From NCBI GenBank assembly GCA_965995405.1, contig CBHFOL010000007.1:174-64173 (forward strand): a stretch of 64,000 nucleotides of DNA. Reading direction: 5' to 3'. This document shows positions 1-8,764 of the stretch, piece by piece. This DNA comes from an uncultured Saccharothrix sp. Its GTDB lineage: Bacteria > Actinomycetota > Actinomycetes > Mycobacteriales > Pseudonocardiaceae. Position 1 is the stretch's first letter. Every line of letters begins with the position of its first letter. The notes below the pieces were generated by a model that saw nothing but the letters and a program-made list of their open reading frames with translations, was not told the DNA's origin and made no database searches. The position numbers and the translations under genes were made by a program.

Positions 1-865
1 CGGCGACGCCGCGCTTCCAGTAGCCGGTGATGTCGTGGTCGGCCTTGGCGAGGCCCAGTTCGTCGCGCACCCAGCGGCGCAGCGGCTTGATCGAGCCCGC
101 CTCGCCCGCGACCCAGACGTAGAGCCGTTCGCCTTCGGGGACGCGCACCTCGCGCACCGCGTCGGCCAGCAGGGTGTTCGCGCCCGGCGGGACGTCACCC
201 CGGTGCAGCCAGTGCACCTCGACGCCTTCGGGCGCGGACAGCTCGATCTGCTCATCGGGGCCGGTGACCTCGATGAACGCCCAGCCCGCCGCGTCGCGCG
301 GCAGTTCCTCAAGCCAGCGGGCGATCGCGGGCAGGGCGGTGATGTCGCCGGCGAGCAGGTACCGGTCGTAGTTGTGCGGCACGATCAGGCCACCGGGCGG
401 ACCCGCGACGTGCACGGTGTCGCCGGGTCGGGCGGCACGCGCCCAGTCCGAGCCGAGGCCGCCATCGTGCAGCGCGACGTCGATGTCCAGTTCGCCGGTC
501 GCCGGGTCGTAGCGGCGCACCGTGTACTCGCGGGAGATCGGCGAGGGCTTGGGCCAGCGCAGCATGTGGCCGTTCGGTTCGGGGAGCCGCAGCGTGCCGT
601 CCGGGTCCGGGAACAGGAACTTGACGTGCTCGTCGGGCGAGTGCGCCTCGAACCCGGCCGTGCCCGGTCCGCCGAGGGTGACCCGCAGCAGCGCGCTGCC
701 CAGCATCGTGGTGCGGACGACGGCCGCCTCGCGGACGCCGATCGGGTAGCCGACCTTCTCGGCGCTGCGGCCCGCGCGCACTTCGGCGATGCGCTCCAGG
801 TGCCGGTCGCGGTGGTCGGTGCGGGCCGGGCGCGGGCCGGTGGTCGACCGCTCGGTGGTGCTCAA
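1..865 (-). CDS. Siderophore-interacting protein (ViuB/SIP, FAD-binding), 3' end runs off the window
   Basis: Manual translation from TTG at 865 (absent from ORF track): DEHVKFLFP, SREYTVRRYD, LDIDVALH, VAGPPG, LLAGDITALPAI, WVAGE, ITGYWKRG are SIP-family motifs. Confidence 0.9.
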   Translation of the reverse strand, partial: MSTTERSTTGPRPARTDHRDRHLERIAEVRAGRSAEKVGYPIGVREAAVVRTTMLGSALLRVTLGGPGTAGFEAHSPDEHVKFLFPDPDGTLRLPEPNGHMLRWPKPSPISREYTVRRYDPATGELDIDVALHDGGLGSDWARAARPGDTVHVAGPPGGLIVPHNYDRYLLAGDITALPAIARWLEELPRDAAGWAFIEVTGPDEQIELSAPEGVEVHWLHRGDVPPGANTLLADAVREVRVPEGERLYVWVAGEAGSIKPLRRWVRDELGLAKADHDITGYWKRGVA

Positions 866-1114
866 CGTGGTGCTCCCGCTTGGATCGGGGCCGACCGCGC
901 GGTGCGCGCGTCGGCGGTGGTGAGTGCGCCGCGGCGGATGTCCGGGACCACCTCGCCCGGACGCGTGCGGCAGGCCGGAGCAGCTGCGGACACCTCGTGG
1001 ATTCCCTTTCGGCACACGGAAGAAAGCGCTTACCACAGATGGCACGCAAGTACCGTGGAGCGCCCGGACGTACCCGGTGACACCGTTCGGCGGCACCGGT
1101 AGCGGCTATTCGAT

Positions 1115-1133
1115 TTAGGTTAACCTAACCTAA
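1115..1133. promoter_or_regulatory. IdeR/DmdR1 (DtxR-family) iron box
   Basis: TTAGGTTAACCTAACCTAA, 17/19 match to consensus TTAGGTTAGGCTAACCTAA, upstream of an iron-utilisation gene. Confidence 0.88.
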
Positions 1134-1236
1134 GGGTGCACCCGCAGTCCAGCACCTGCTCGCGATTTCACTCGCCCAACGCGGCCCCGGTTAGGTTGTG
1201 CCGTGTGAGTGGTCGGAACGAGGGCGGCTGAGTCAC

Positions 1237-4230
1237 GTGCTGCTGCGCATCCTGGGGTCGCTGGAGATCCGGCGCGACGGGCACCGGGTCACGCCCGTGC
1301 GGCGGCGGGCGCGGGTGCTGTTGGGCCTGTTGTGCCTGCGTGCCAACGTCTCCACCGCCACCGACGTCCTGGTCGACGCCCTCTGGGACGGCTCGCCGCC
1401 CGCGTCGGCGGCGGCCAACCTGCGTTCGTCGGTCGCCGAGTTGCGTCGATTGCTGCCCGGAATCGAGTCGACGGCCGGCGGATATGTGCTCCACGCCACT
1501 TCGGAAACGCTCGACGTGCTCGCCTTCACCGAATCCGCCGACGAAGGTCGGAAACACCTGGCCGCCGGCGCGTTCCAGGACGCCGCCGCGAAGCTGACCG
1601 CAGCCGCCGACCTGTGGCGCGGGCCGGTGCTCGACGGACTGCCGGTGCCCGAGGTCGCGCGGCCCGAGGCGCGGTGGCTGGAGGACCGGCGGCTCGACGT
1701 CGTGGAGGACGCCGTCGAGGCGCGGCTGGCGCTGGGCGACGAGACCCGGCTCGCGGACGAGCTGCGCCTGCTGACCGGCCGGCACGGGCTGCGCGAACGG
1801 TTGTGGCGGCAGTTGATGCTCGCGCTCTACCGGTGCGGGCGGCAGGCCGAGGCGACCGCCGCCTACCAGGAGCTGCACCGGTTGCTGGACGACGAGCTCG
1901 GGGTGCGGCCGAGCCCCGAGACGCAGCGGCTGCACCAGCGGCTGCTGTCGGCGGACCCGGCGCTCGACCCGGCGCGTCCCGTTCCGGTCCACCGCCCGCT
2001 CCGCCAGCTGCCGCCGGACATCGCCGCGTTCGTCGGCCGGACGGACCAGCTCGCCGAACTCGACCGGCCGGGCGGGACGGTGGTCATCTCCGCCGTCAGC
2101 GGCACGGCGGGCGTGGGCAAGACCGCGCTGGCCGTCCACTGGGCGCACCGGGCGCAGACCCGGTTCCCGGACGGCTGCCTGTACGTGGACCTGCGCGGCT
2201 ACGGTCCCGAGCCGCCGCTGGAGCCGGCCGAGGCGCTGACCGGTTTCCTGCGTGCGCTCGGGGTCGCCGATCCGCCGCTGGACACGGCCGGGCTGAGCGC
2301 CCGGTTCCGCTCCGAACTCGCCGACCGGCGGGTGCTCCTGGTGCTGGACAACGCCTGCTCCCCCAACCAGGTCCGTCCGCTGCTGCCCGCGTCACCGCAC
2401 TGCCGGGCGCTGGTCACCAGTCGCGACCGGCTCGCCGGGCTGGTCGCCCGGGACGGCGCGCACCGGATCGACCTGGACCTGCTGCCCGACGGGGACGCGC
2501 ACGACCTGCTCGGCCGGCTGATCGGCGCGCGGGCCGCGGCCGAGCCTTCGGCGGTCGCCCGGCTCGCCGACCTGTGCGCCCGGCTGCCGCTGGCCCTGCG
2601 GATCGCGGCCGAACTCGCCGTCGCGCGTCGGGATGTGTCCTTGTCGGCGTTGGCCGACGAGTTGGCGCACCGGCGGTTGGACCTGCTCGATGCCGACGGC
2701 GACGACCACACAGCCGTCCGTGCGGTGTTCTCGTGGTCGTTGGCCGCGCTGCCGGTGGCCGTTGGCCGGGCGTTCGCGGTGCTGGGCCTGCATCCCGGTC
2801 GGGACTTCGACCCGTACGCCGCCGCTGCTTTGCTGGACACCGACCTGGCCGGCGCGACGGCCCCCCTGGACCACCTGGCCCGCGCCCACCTGGTGCACCA
2901 GGTCGGTCCCGGCCGCTACGGGATGCACGACCTGCTGCGTGACTACGCCGTCGAGCTGGCCTCGTCCGAACGTGCCGTCGTCGTGCCGCGACTGCTGGGC
3001 CACTACCGGGCCACCGCCGCCGAGGCGATGGACCTGCTGTACCCGCACGAACGCGAACGCAGGCCCGCGGTGCCGGTCGTGGCCACGTCACCGCGACTCT
3101 CCGAGGCGAACGCCCAGGCGTGGCTGGACGCGGAGCGTGCCAACCTGGTGGCGGTGGCCGTGCACGCCGCCGAGCACGGGTGGGGCGAGCACACCGGGGA
3201 TCTGTCCGCGATCCTGTGGCGGGACTTCACGTCCGGCGCTTACTACGCCGAAGCGTTGACTCTGCACGGCCACGCCCAGCGCACCGCGCACGAACGCGGC
3301 GACGAGGCGGGTGAGGCCAACGCGCACAACCTGCTCGGGATCATCCGGTACCGGCTGGGTGATTACGGCGCGGCGTTGCGGCACTACGACCTGGCACGCG
3401 ACCTGCGGGTGCGGGTCGGGGACCGGCCCGGTGTGGCCAACACGTTGACCAACATCGGGGTGGTGCTGTGGCAGACCGGTGACCTGCCCCGGGCGTTGGA
3501 GCATTTGCAGAAGGCGCTGGCGCTGCACCGCGAGCTCGGTCAGCGTGGTGTGGAGGGCTCGACCCTGGGCAACATCGGGGTGGTGCACTGGTACCTCGGT
3601 CGATTCGACCAGGCGATCGAGTACAACCGGCAGGCGTTGGAGATCCACCGCGAGGTCGGCGACCGGGTCGGTGCGGCGATGAACCTCAACAACCTGGCCG
3701 CCGCGTTCCGCCGGCTCGGCCGGTATGCCGAGGCCGAGGAGCACAGCGTCCGGGAGCTCGAACTGGCCAGGGAGCACGGCAACCGGGACAGCGAGGCGGC
3801 GGCGTTGACCGGGCTCGGTGTGCTCGCCGGGCCGGATGCCGAGCGGCGGTTGGTGGCCGCGTTGGAGATCTACCGCGAGGCGGGGAGTGCGGCGGGTGAG
3901 GGCGAGGTGCTGACCGCGTTGGGCAGGCTGCGCGGTGACGTCGGGCTGCTGCGCCGGGCGTTGGAGATCACCCGTGGTCTGGGTGCGCTGCCGTTGGAGG
4001 CGACCGCGTCGATCGACCTCGCGGGCGTGCTGCTGGCACGGGGTGAGCGGGCCGAGTCCCTGGCGCTGGCCCGTTCGGCGTTCGACCTCGCGGAACGGGC
4101 CGGTGACCGTTACGAGCAGGCGCGGGCGCTCGAAGCCGCCGCGCGGGCGCTGGGTTCCCGGGAGTCGGACTCGTGGGCGGAGGCCGTGCGCCGATACACC
4201 GAGATGGGTGTGCCGGTGCCCGTGTGGTGA
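1237..4230 (+). CDS. AfsR/SARP-family regulator (wHTH-BTAD-NB-ARC-TPR)
   Basis: LRILGSLEI start, BTAD (LRERLWRQLMLALYRCGRQAEA), Walker A GTAGVGKT, Walker B LLVLDNA, MHDLLR, TPR repeats; start taken at GTG 1237. Confidence 0.93.
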   Translation: MLLRILGSLEIRRDGHRVTPVRRRARVLLGLLCLRANVSTATDVLVDALWDGSPPASAAANLRSSVAELRRLLPGIESTAGGYVLHATSETLDVLAFTESADEGRKHLAAGAFQDAAAKLTAAADLWRGPVLDGLPVPEVARPEARWLEDRRLDVVEDAVEARLALGDETRLADELRLLTGRHGLRERLWRQLMLALYRCGRQAEATAAYQELHRLLDDELGVRPSPETQRLHQRLLSADPALDPARPVPVHRPLRQLPPDIAAFVGRTDQLAELDRPGGTVVISAVSGTAGVGKTALAVHWAHRAQTRFPDGCLYVDLRGYGPEPPLEPAEALTGFLRALGVADPPLDTAGLSARFRSELADRRVLLVLDNACSPNQVRPLLPASPHCRALVTSRDRLAGLVARDGAHRIDLDLLPDGDAHDLLGRLIGARAAAEPSAVARLADLCARLPLALRIAAELAVARRDVSLSALADELAHRRLDLLDADGDDHTAVRAVFSWSLAALPVAVGRAFAVLGLHPGRDFDPYAAAALLDTDLAGATAPLDHLARAHLVHQVGPGRYGMHDLLRDYAVELASSERAVVVPRLLGHYRATAAEAMDLLYPHERERRPAVPVVATSPRLSEANAQAWLDAERANLVAVAVHAAEHGWGEHTGDLSAILWRDFTSGAYYAEALTLHGHAQRTAHERGDEAGEANAHNLLGIIRYRLGDYGAALRHYDLARDLRVRVGDRPGVANTLTNIGVVLWQTGDLPRALEHLQKALALHRELGQRGVEGSTLGNIGVVHWYLGRFDQAIEYNRQALEIHREVGDRVGAAMNLNNLAAAFRRLGRYAEAEEHSVRELELAREHGNRDSEAAALTGLGVLAGPDAERRLVAALEIYREAGSAAGEGEVLTALGRLRGDVGLLRRALEITRGLGALPLEATASIDLAGVLLARGERAESLALARSAFDLAERAGDRYEQARALEAAARALGSRESDSWAEAVRRYTEMGVPVPVW

Positions 4231-4308
4231 CGTGTGTGCGCGGTTGTGTGCACGGGATGCCGACGATGGCACCGCTTCGTCAACGCACACGTCAGGAGTA
4301 CCGGACTG

Positions 4309-4755
4309 ATGTCCTCGGTTGTGAACACGTCCCGGCGCGGGGTGGCCGCCGTTCTGCTCGGCATCGCGGTGTTCGGCGCGTCCGGTTGCGCGAACAGCGT
4401 GACCGTCGCCGGCGAAACCGTCGCCACGACGACCAGTACCCGGCAGACCGGTGCCGCGACGACCACCAGTGCGGACGCCGAGCCGGCCGGCAAGGCGTCC
4501 GTCGAGGTGCCGGCGGACCTGCCGAGCGGTCTGCCGCTGCCCAAGGGCGACCTGGTGGACGTCTCCAGCGGCACGGGTGAGCGGGTGCTGGTCTACCGGG
4601 GCGACGCCGAGCTGGCGAAGTCCTACTTCACCGCGCTCACCGGCCAGGGGTACACCACCATCGGGGACCCCACTGCGTTCACGGCGACCAAGGGCACGTC
4701 CACGGTCGTCGTCGCGGCCGGCGGCGGCACGGTGACCGTCACGGTGGCCGGCTAG
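4309..4755 (+). CDS. Lipoprotein of unknown function
   Basis: AGGAG upstream, signal peptide with lipobox ASG-C, Thr-rich linker. Confidence 0.7.
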   Translation: MSSVVNTSRRGVAAVLLGIAVFGASGCANSVTVAGETVATTTSTRQTGAATTTSADAEPAGKASVEVPADLPSGLPLPKGDLVDVSSGTGERVLVYRGDAELAKSYFTALTGQGYTTIGDPTAFTATKGTSTVVVAAGGGTVTVTVAG

Positions 4756-4756
4756 G

Positions 4757-4919
4757 CGGTATTTCAAAGGCAGTAGACAGAAGTTCTCCGCAGTTCTACG
4801 CAGCGGGACCACGCTGCCGTGGTCCCGCTGCGTAGAAGAGCTTTGAACGCACGGCGCCGGTCTGCTCTTCGGGCGGTGTCGCTGCCGGCGACACCTTGCT
4901 ATGTCGCTTTGAAACACCG
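4757..4919. repeat. MITE/REP-like palindromic element between convergent genes; probable bidirectional terminator
   Basis: Terminal inverted repeats CGGTATTTCAAAG / CTTTGAAACACCG (12/13); perfect 20-bp stem 4794-4813/4818-4837; second hairpin GGTGTCGC..GCGACACC. Confidence 0.55.
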
Positions 4920-4930
4920 GCCAGGACCGT

Positions 4931-5527
4931 TCAGCCGGTCCGCGGCCGGCGGCAGACGTAGGTGAGCGCGGGTGGCGTGTTCAACCAGACGGACCTGCTG
5001 GTGATCACCTCGTCGAACCCGGCGTGCAGCAGGGCACGCAACCTGCGGGCGCCCTTCATCCGCAGCGCGTGCAGGTACGCGAACGTGGTGAAAGCCGCAC
5101 CGGGTGCGAGCGCCCCCGCGACACCGTCCAGGATCCGGCGCTGGTCGGCCGGTGGGATCAAGGACCACGGCAACCCGCTGACCACCGCGTCCACCGGCCC
5201 GACGCCCAGCCCGCCGAGGATCTCGGCCAGGTCGGCGGCGTTCCCGGTGACGACCTCGATGTCCGGCCTGGTCGCCCGCACCCGGTCGGCCAGCTCGGCG
5301 TCCAGTTCGATCGCGATGTGCCGGGACCCCTCGGGCAGCCGGCGGGCGATGGCGGTGCTCACCGCGCCGGTACCGGGTCCCAACTCCACCACCACGGCCG
5401 GCCGGTCGGTCGGCACGATCTCGGCGAGCTGGGCGCACAGCCGGGGTGAGCTCGGCGCGACCGCACCGATGAGCCTGGGGTTGCGCACGGCCGCGCCGAG
5501 GAACACGCCGAGATCACTGGAAACCAT
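4931..5527 (-). CDS. Class I SAM-dependent methyltransferase (phospholipid N-methyltransferase PmtA-like)
   Basis: GAVAPSSPRL, VVELGPGTG, VVSGLPW, FTTFAY motifs. Confidence 0.85.
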   Translation of the reverse strand: MVSSDLGVFLGAAVRNPRLIGAVAPSSPRLCAQLAEIVPTDRPAVVVELGPGTGAVSTAIARRLPEGSRHIAIELDAELADRVRATRPDIEVVTGNAADLAEILGGLGVGPVDAVVSGLPWSLIPPADQRRILDGVAGALAPGAAFTTFAYLHALRMKGARRLRALLHAGFDEVITSRSVWLNTPPALTYVCRRPRTG

Positions 5528-5618
5528 GGCGTCCAGCCTGGTTCGGCGTCCGGCGCGGCACCTCGGGATTCCGGTCGGACCGGTCGACCTGAAGGAGGAG
5601 GCCGGTTCCTCCCCGAGC

Positions 5619-6860
5619 ATGACTCCGAGCTACGCCGGGAAGACCTACCGTCGGCCCGTGGCCGTCGATTCCCCCCGACCTGTACCGGGCAGGTCCGCGC
5701 TGTTCGTGCTGCGGCTGATGCCGCTGCTGATCACGCTGGTCTTCCTGGTGCTGAGCCTGCTGAACAAGCCGGCCCCGATGTGGCACTGGGTCCTCGGGCT
5801 GCTGACCAGCGCGCTGCCGCTGGTCGACCGGGGCCGCCCGCTGCTCGGGATCATCGTGCTGAACGTGGTGCTGACGGTGGCCAGGGTGCGCGGGGTGAAC
5901 GTCGACCTGCTGGTCATGCTGCCGGTCACGGTGTGGCTGGTGGACCTGGTGGTGGAACAGCGCGGCAGGCGGCTGGTGGTCGGCGTGCTCGCCGGTGTCG
6001 CCACCATGGCGGCGAGCCTGCTCAACGGCCAGTTCGACGCCGAGGCACCCCGGGTCTGGTTCGCCATCGCGGTCTTCCTCGCCTGCGCCGCCGGGATTCC
6101 CGTGCTGATCGGGCTCAACCTGCGGTCGGCCCGACTGGCGGCGCAGCAGGCGGAGGACCGGGCGGAGGAGGTCGAGCGACGCCGGGCGTCGGAGACCAAG
6201 GCGGCTCGGGCCGAGGAGCGCGCCGCGATCGCCCGTGAGCTGCACGACCTGGTGGCGCACCACGTGGCCTCGATCGTGCTGCGGGTCGGCGTCGCCAGGC
6301 ACGTGGTCGGCGGCCGGGACCCGGCCGTCACCGAGGTGCTGGACGACGTGCACGCGACCGGCAGCGCGGTGCTCGGCGACCTGCGCAGGCTGGTGGCCGT
6401 GCTGCGCGACCCGACCACGGCCGGTGCCGACAACGCGCCGCTGCTGCACCCGGCCGACCTGCCCGATTCGCTGGAGGACACCATCGCCAGGAGCAGGCAG
6501 GCGGGCCTGACGGTGGTTTCGTCGATGGATCCCGCGACGGCGGAACTGGACGCGGTGCGCGGGCTCACCGTGTTGCGGGTGGTCCAGGAGGGACTGACCA
6601 ATGTGCTCAAACACGCGGGCCCCGGCGCGTCCGCGACCGTGCGGGTGGCCGCCGAGGAGGACGAGGTGCTGGTCGAGGTGAGCGACGACGGCGCGGGGAG
6701 CAGACCGCAGTTCGCCGAGTCCGGCGGCCACGGGCTGCTGGGGCTGCGGGAGCGGGTGGACCTGGTCGGCGGCACGCTGGACGCCGGGCCGGCGGAGTCG
6801 GGTTGGCGGGTGGTGGCGTTGCTGCCGTCGGCGATCGAGCCGGGCGGGTCGGTCCGATGA
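5619..6860 (+). CDS. Membrane sensor histidine kinase (HisKA_3)
   Basis: TM helices, ELHDLVAHH H-box, QEGLTNVLKHA N-box, GHGLLGLRER; start uncertain (5619 or GTG 5658). Confidence 0.92.
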   Translation: MTPSYAGKTYRRPVAVDSPRPVPGRSALFVLRLMPLLITLVFLVLSLLNKPAPMWHWVLGLLTSALPLVDRGRPLLGIIVLNVVLTVARVRGVNVDLLVMLPVTVWLVDLVVEQRGRRLVVGVLAGVATMAASLLNGQFDAEAPRVWFAIAVFLACAAGIPVLIGLNLRSARLAAQQAEDRAEEVERRRASETKAARAEERAAIARELHDLVAHHVASIVLRVGVARHVVGGRDPAVTEVLDDVHATGSAVLGDLRRLVAVLRDPTTAGADNAPLLHPADLPDSLEDTIARSRQAGLTVVSSMDPATAELDAVRGLTVLRVVQEGLTNVLKHAGPGASATVRVAAEEDEVLVEVSDDGAGSRPQFAESGGHGLLGLRERVDLVGGTLDAGPAESGWRVVALLPSAIEPGGSVR

Positions 6861-7507
6861 TCAGGGTGCTGTTGGTGGACGACCACCGGCTGATCAGGGC
6901 GGGCCTGCGCGCGCTGTGCGAGTCCGAGTCGGACATCGAGGTGGTCGGCGAGGCGTCGGACGGGCGAGAGGCGGTGCAGTTGGCCGCGTCCACCGCTCCG
7001 GACGTGGTGCTGATGGACCTGCGGATGCCCAAGCAGGACGGCATCAGGACGACCCGGACGATCCTGGGTGCGCGGCCGTCGATCCGGGTGCTGGTGCTGA
7101 CGACGTTCGACGACGACGACCACCTCTACCCGGCGCTGGAGGCGGGTGCGTGCGGGTTCCTGGTGAAGGACGCCGCGCCGGCCGAACTGCTCGACAGCAT
7201 CCGGCGGGCGGCGCGGGACGAGAACCCGTACAGCCCGTCGGTGTTGCGCAGGCTGGTGGGGCAGGCGACCCGGTCCAGGGAGAACCTGGACACGGGTGTG
7301 CGGGCCGACGACCTGACCGGGCGGGAACGGGAGGTGCTGGCGTTGCTCAGTGCGGGACTGTCGAACGCGGAGATCGGCGAGCGGCTGAGTCTGGGTTTGA
7401 CGACCGTGAAGACGCACGTCGCGAACCTGCTGACCAAGACGGACCGGCTCAACCGGGTGCAGCTGGCCGTGCTCGCGGTGCATCTCGGGCTGCACGGGGA
7501 CGGGTGA
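6857..7507 (+). CDS. NarL/LuxR-family response regulator
   Basis: MIRVLLVDDH, VLMDLRMP, LTGREREVL..GLSNAEI HTH; ATGA overlap with kinase stop. Confidence 0.95.
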   Translation: MIRVLLVDDHRLIRAGLRALCESESDIEVVGEASDGREAVQLAASTAPDVVLMDLRMPKQDGIRTTRTILGARPSIRVLVLTTFDDDDHLYPALEAGACGFLVKDAAPAELLDSIRRAARDENPYSPSVLRRLVGQATRSRENLDTGVRADDLTGREREVLALLSAGLSNAEIGERLSLGLTTVKTHVANLLTKTDRLNRVQLAVLAVHLGLHGDG

Positions 7508-7656
7508 CCGGGGAGTTTCCCGGCACCTGACCGGCTCATCCCGGATCGGCGGGTGCGTCGACGGGCGTGCGGGTCAGCAGCAGGATCGCCAGGTCGGCAC
7601 TGTGGCGTTCAGCCCGCACGCCGCACACCAGTCCGCTGCGCCAGGGCAGCCGGACG

Positions 7657-8256
7657 TCATCGACGGCGGACGATCCGGACCCGCCGCCGCGTGCCTTCCC
7701 GCGGTTCCGCCCCGGAGCCGGCCGGGCCGGACACCGTGCGGGTCGCCCCGCCCTCGGTCTCCCACCGGCTCACGTCGTCGGAGAAAGGCTTCCGCGCCTG
7801 CGGCACGCTGATCACGCCGACGCCGTTGCCGGTCAGGAGTTCCTCGACGGTCGTGGTGGCGTTCGAGGTCGACGCCGAGCGCAGCACGGCCCGCGCCGCA
7901 CCGCCCGGCGTCCCCGGCGGAACCACGACCAGCCGGATCCGCGAGTGGTCCGACCTGATCAGGGTCACGGTGTCGGGTTGCGCCGAGTGGAAGCCCTCCA
8001 TGCGCACCACCTGGTCACCGACGGTGAGCCTGCGGCCGGCCCCGGGCCAGGCGTCGAGGTGGTAGGACACCCGCCGGATGGGACCGTAGGACTCCAGTGC
8101 CGCGATCAGCGGGGGAAACTCGGCTCCGGGGTCGGTCGACCGGGGCCACCAGGCACCGTCGACCAGTCCGCCGAGCTCCGCGTCGGGTTTCATCGTCAGC
8201 CGTGGCTCGTGCGGCGTGATCACGTCGGTCGTGGTGCCGATCAGGTCCGAGATCAT
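7657..8256 (-). CDS. DUF5994-family protein
   Basis: PRLTMKP..GLVDGAWWPRSTD, RLVVVPP; exact start uncertain. Confidence 0.75.
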   Translation of the reverse strand: MISDLIGTTTDVITPHEPRLTMKPDAELGGLVDGAWWPRSTDPGAEFPPLIAALESYGPIRRVSYHLDAWPGAGRRLTVGDQVVRMEGFHSAQPDTVTLIRSDHSRIRLVVVPPGTPGGAARAVLRSASTSNATTTVEELLTGNGVGVISVPQARKPFSDDVSRWETEGGATRTVSGPAGSGAEPREGTRRRVRIVRRR

Positions 8257-8576
8257 CTCGGCGCTTCCCGCCTCCGGCCGGACCGGCCGACCGGACTTCG
8301 TGGTGCGCCCAAGGTGGCGTCGGCTTGACCGTCGACGCTCGACATACCCTCGGTACCTCGCATTCTACGCCGGACGACCGACATCGCCGCGCGGAAACCG
8401 CGTCGAGCACGGCCCCGCGGTGTCGTGCGCGGCTCCCCACCGGAGTACGGTCAGTGGCGACGGGACCACGTCACGCGCCACCTCCTCGGGTGCCTGCCGT
8501 GCCATCGATCCCGTGGGGCAGCCGTCCGGGTTTCCCCCTGGACATCCTGTCTTCCGCACCGCTCATCGGAGCACGT

Positions 8577-8741
8577 ATGACCCCCGTCCTCCCGCAAGAA
8601 GTGAAGACCGACATCCGAGCAGGCGCCGACGACCGCTGCGCCGCCTGCGACCACCCGTGGAGCGAGCACGACGCCCTGGGCATGAGGTTCTGCACCGCCA
8701 CCGTCACCTCGTCGCTGTCCCGTGGCTGCATCTGCCGGTAG
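8577..8741 (+). CDS. RGCVC-family small Cys/His protein (54 aa)
   Basis: CAACDHPWSEHDALGMRFCTAT...RGCICR. Confidence 0.8.
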   Translation: MTPVLPQEVKTDIRAGADDRCAACDHPWSEHDALGMRFCTATVTSSLSRGCICR

Positions 8742-8764
8742 CCGAACGTCCCGGTAGCCGAACG

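Noticed and set aside
3205-3228. Partial match of the putative 21-nt spacer (CGCCACAGG) inside the AfsR gene; also near 1612 and beside the cas3 start
   Set aside because: Only 9-10 contiguous bases in high-GC DNA, seed mismatches, no correctly placed PAM; expected by chance
8330-8580. SigF/SigB-type promoters for the small-protein cluster
   Set aside because: GGTTT and GGGTA elements are present but not at a correct spacing
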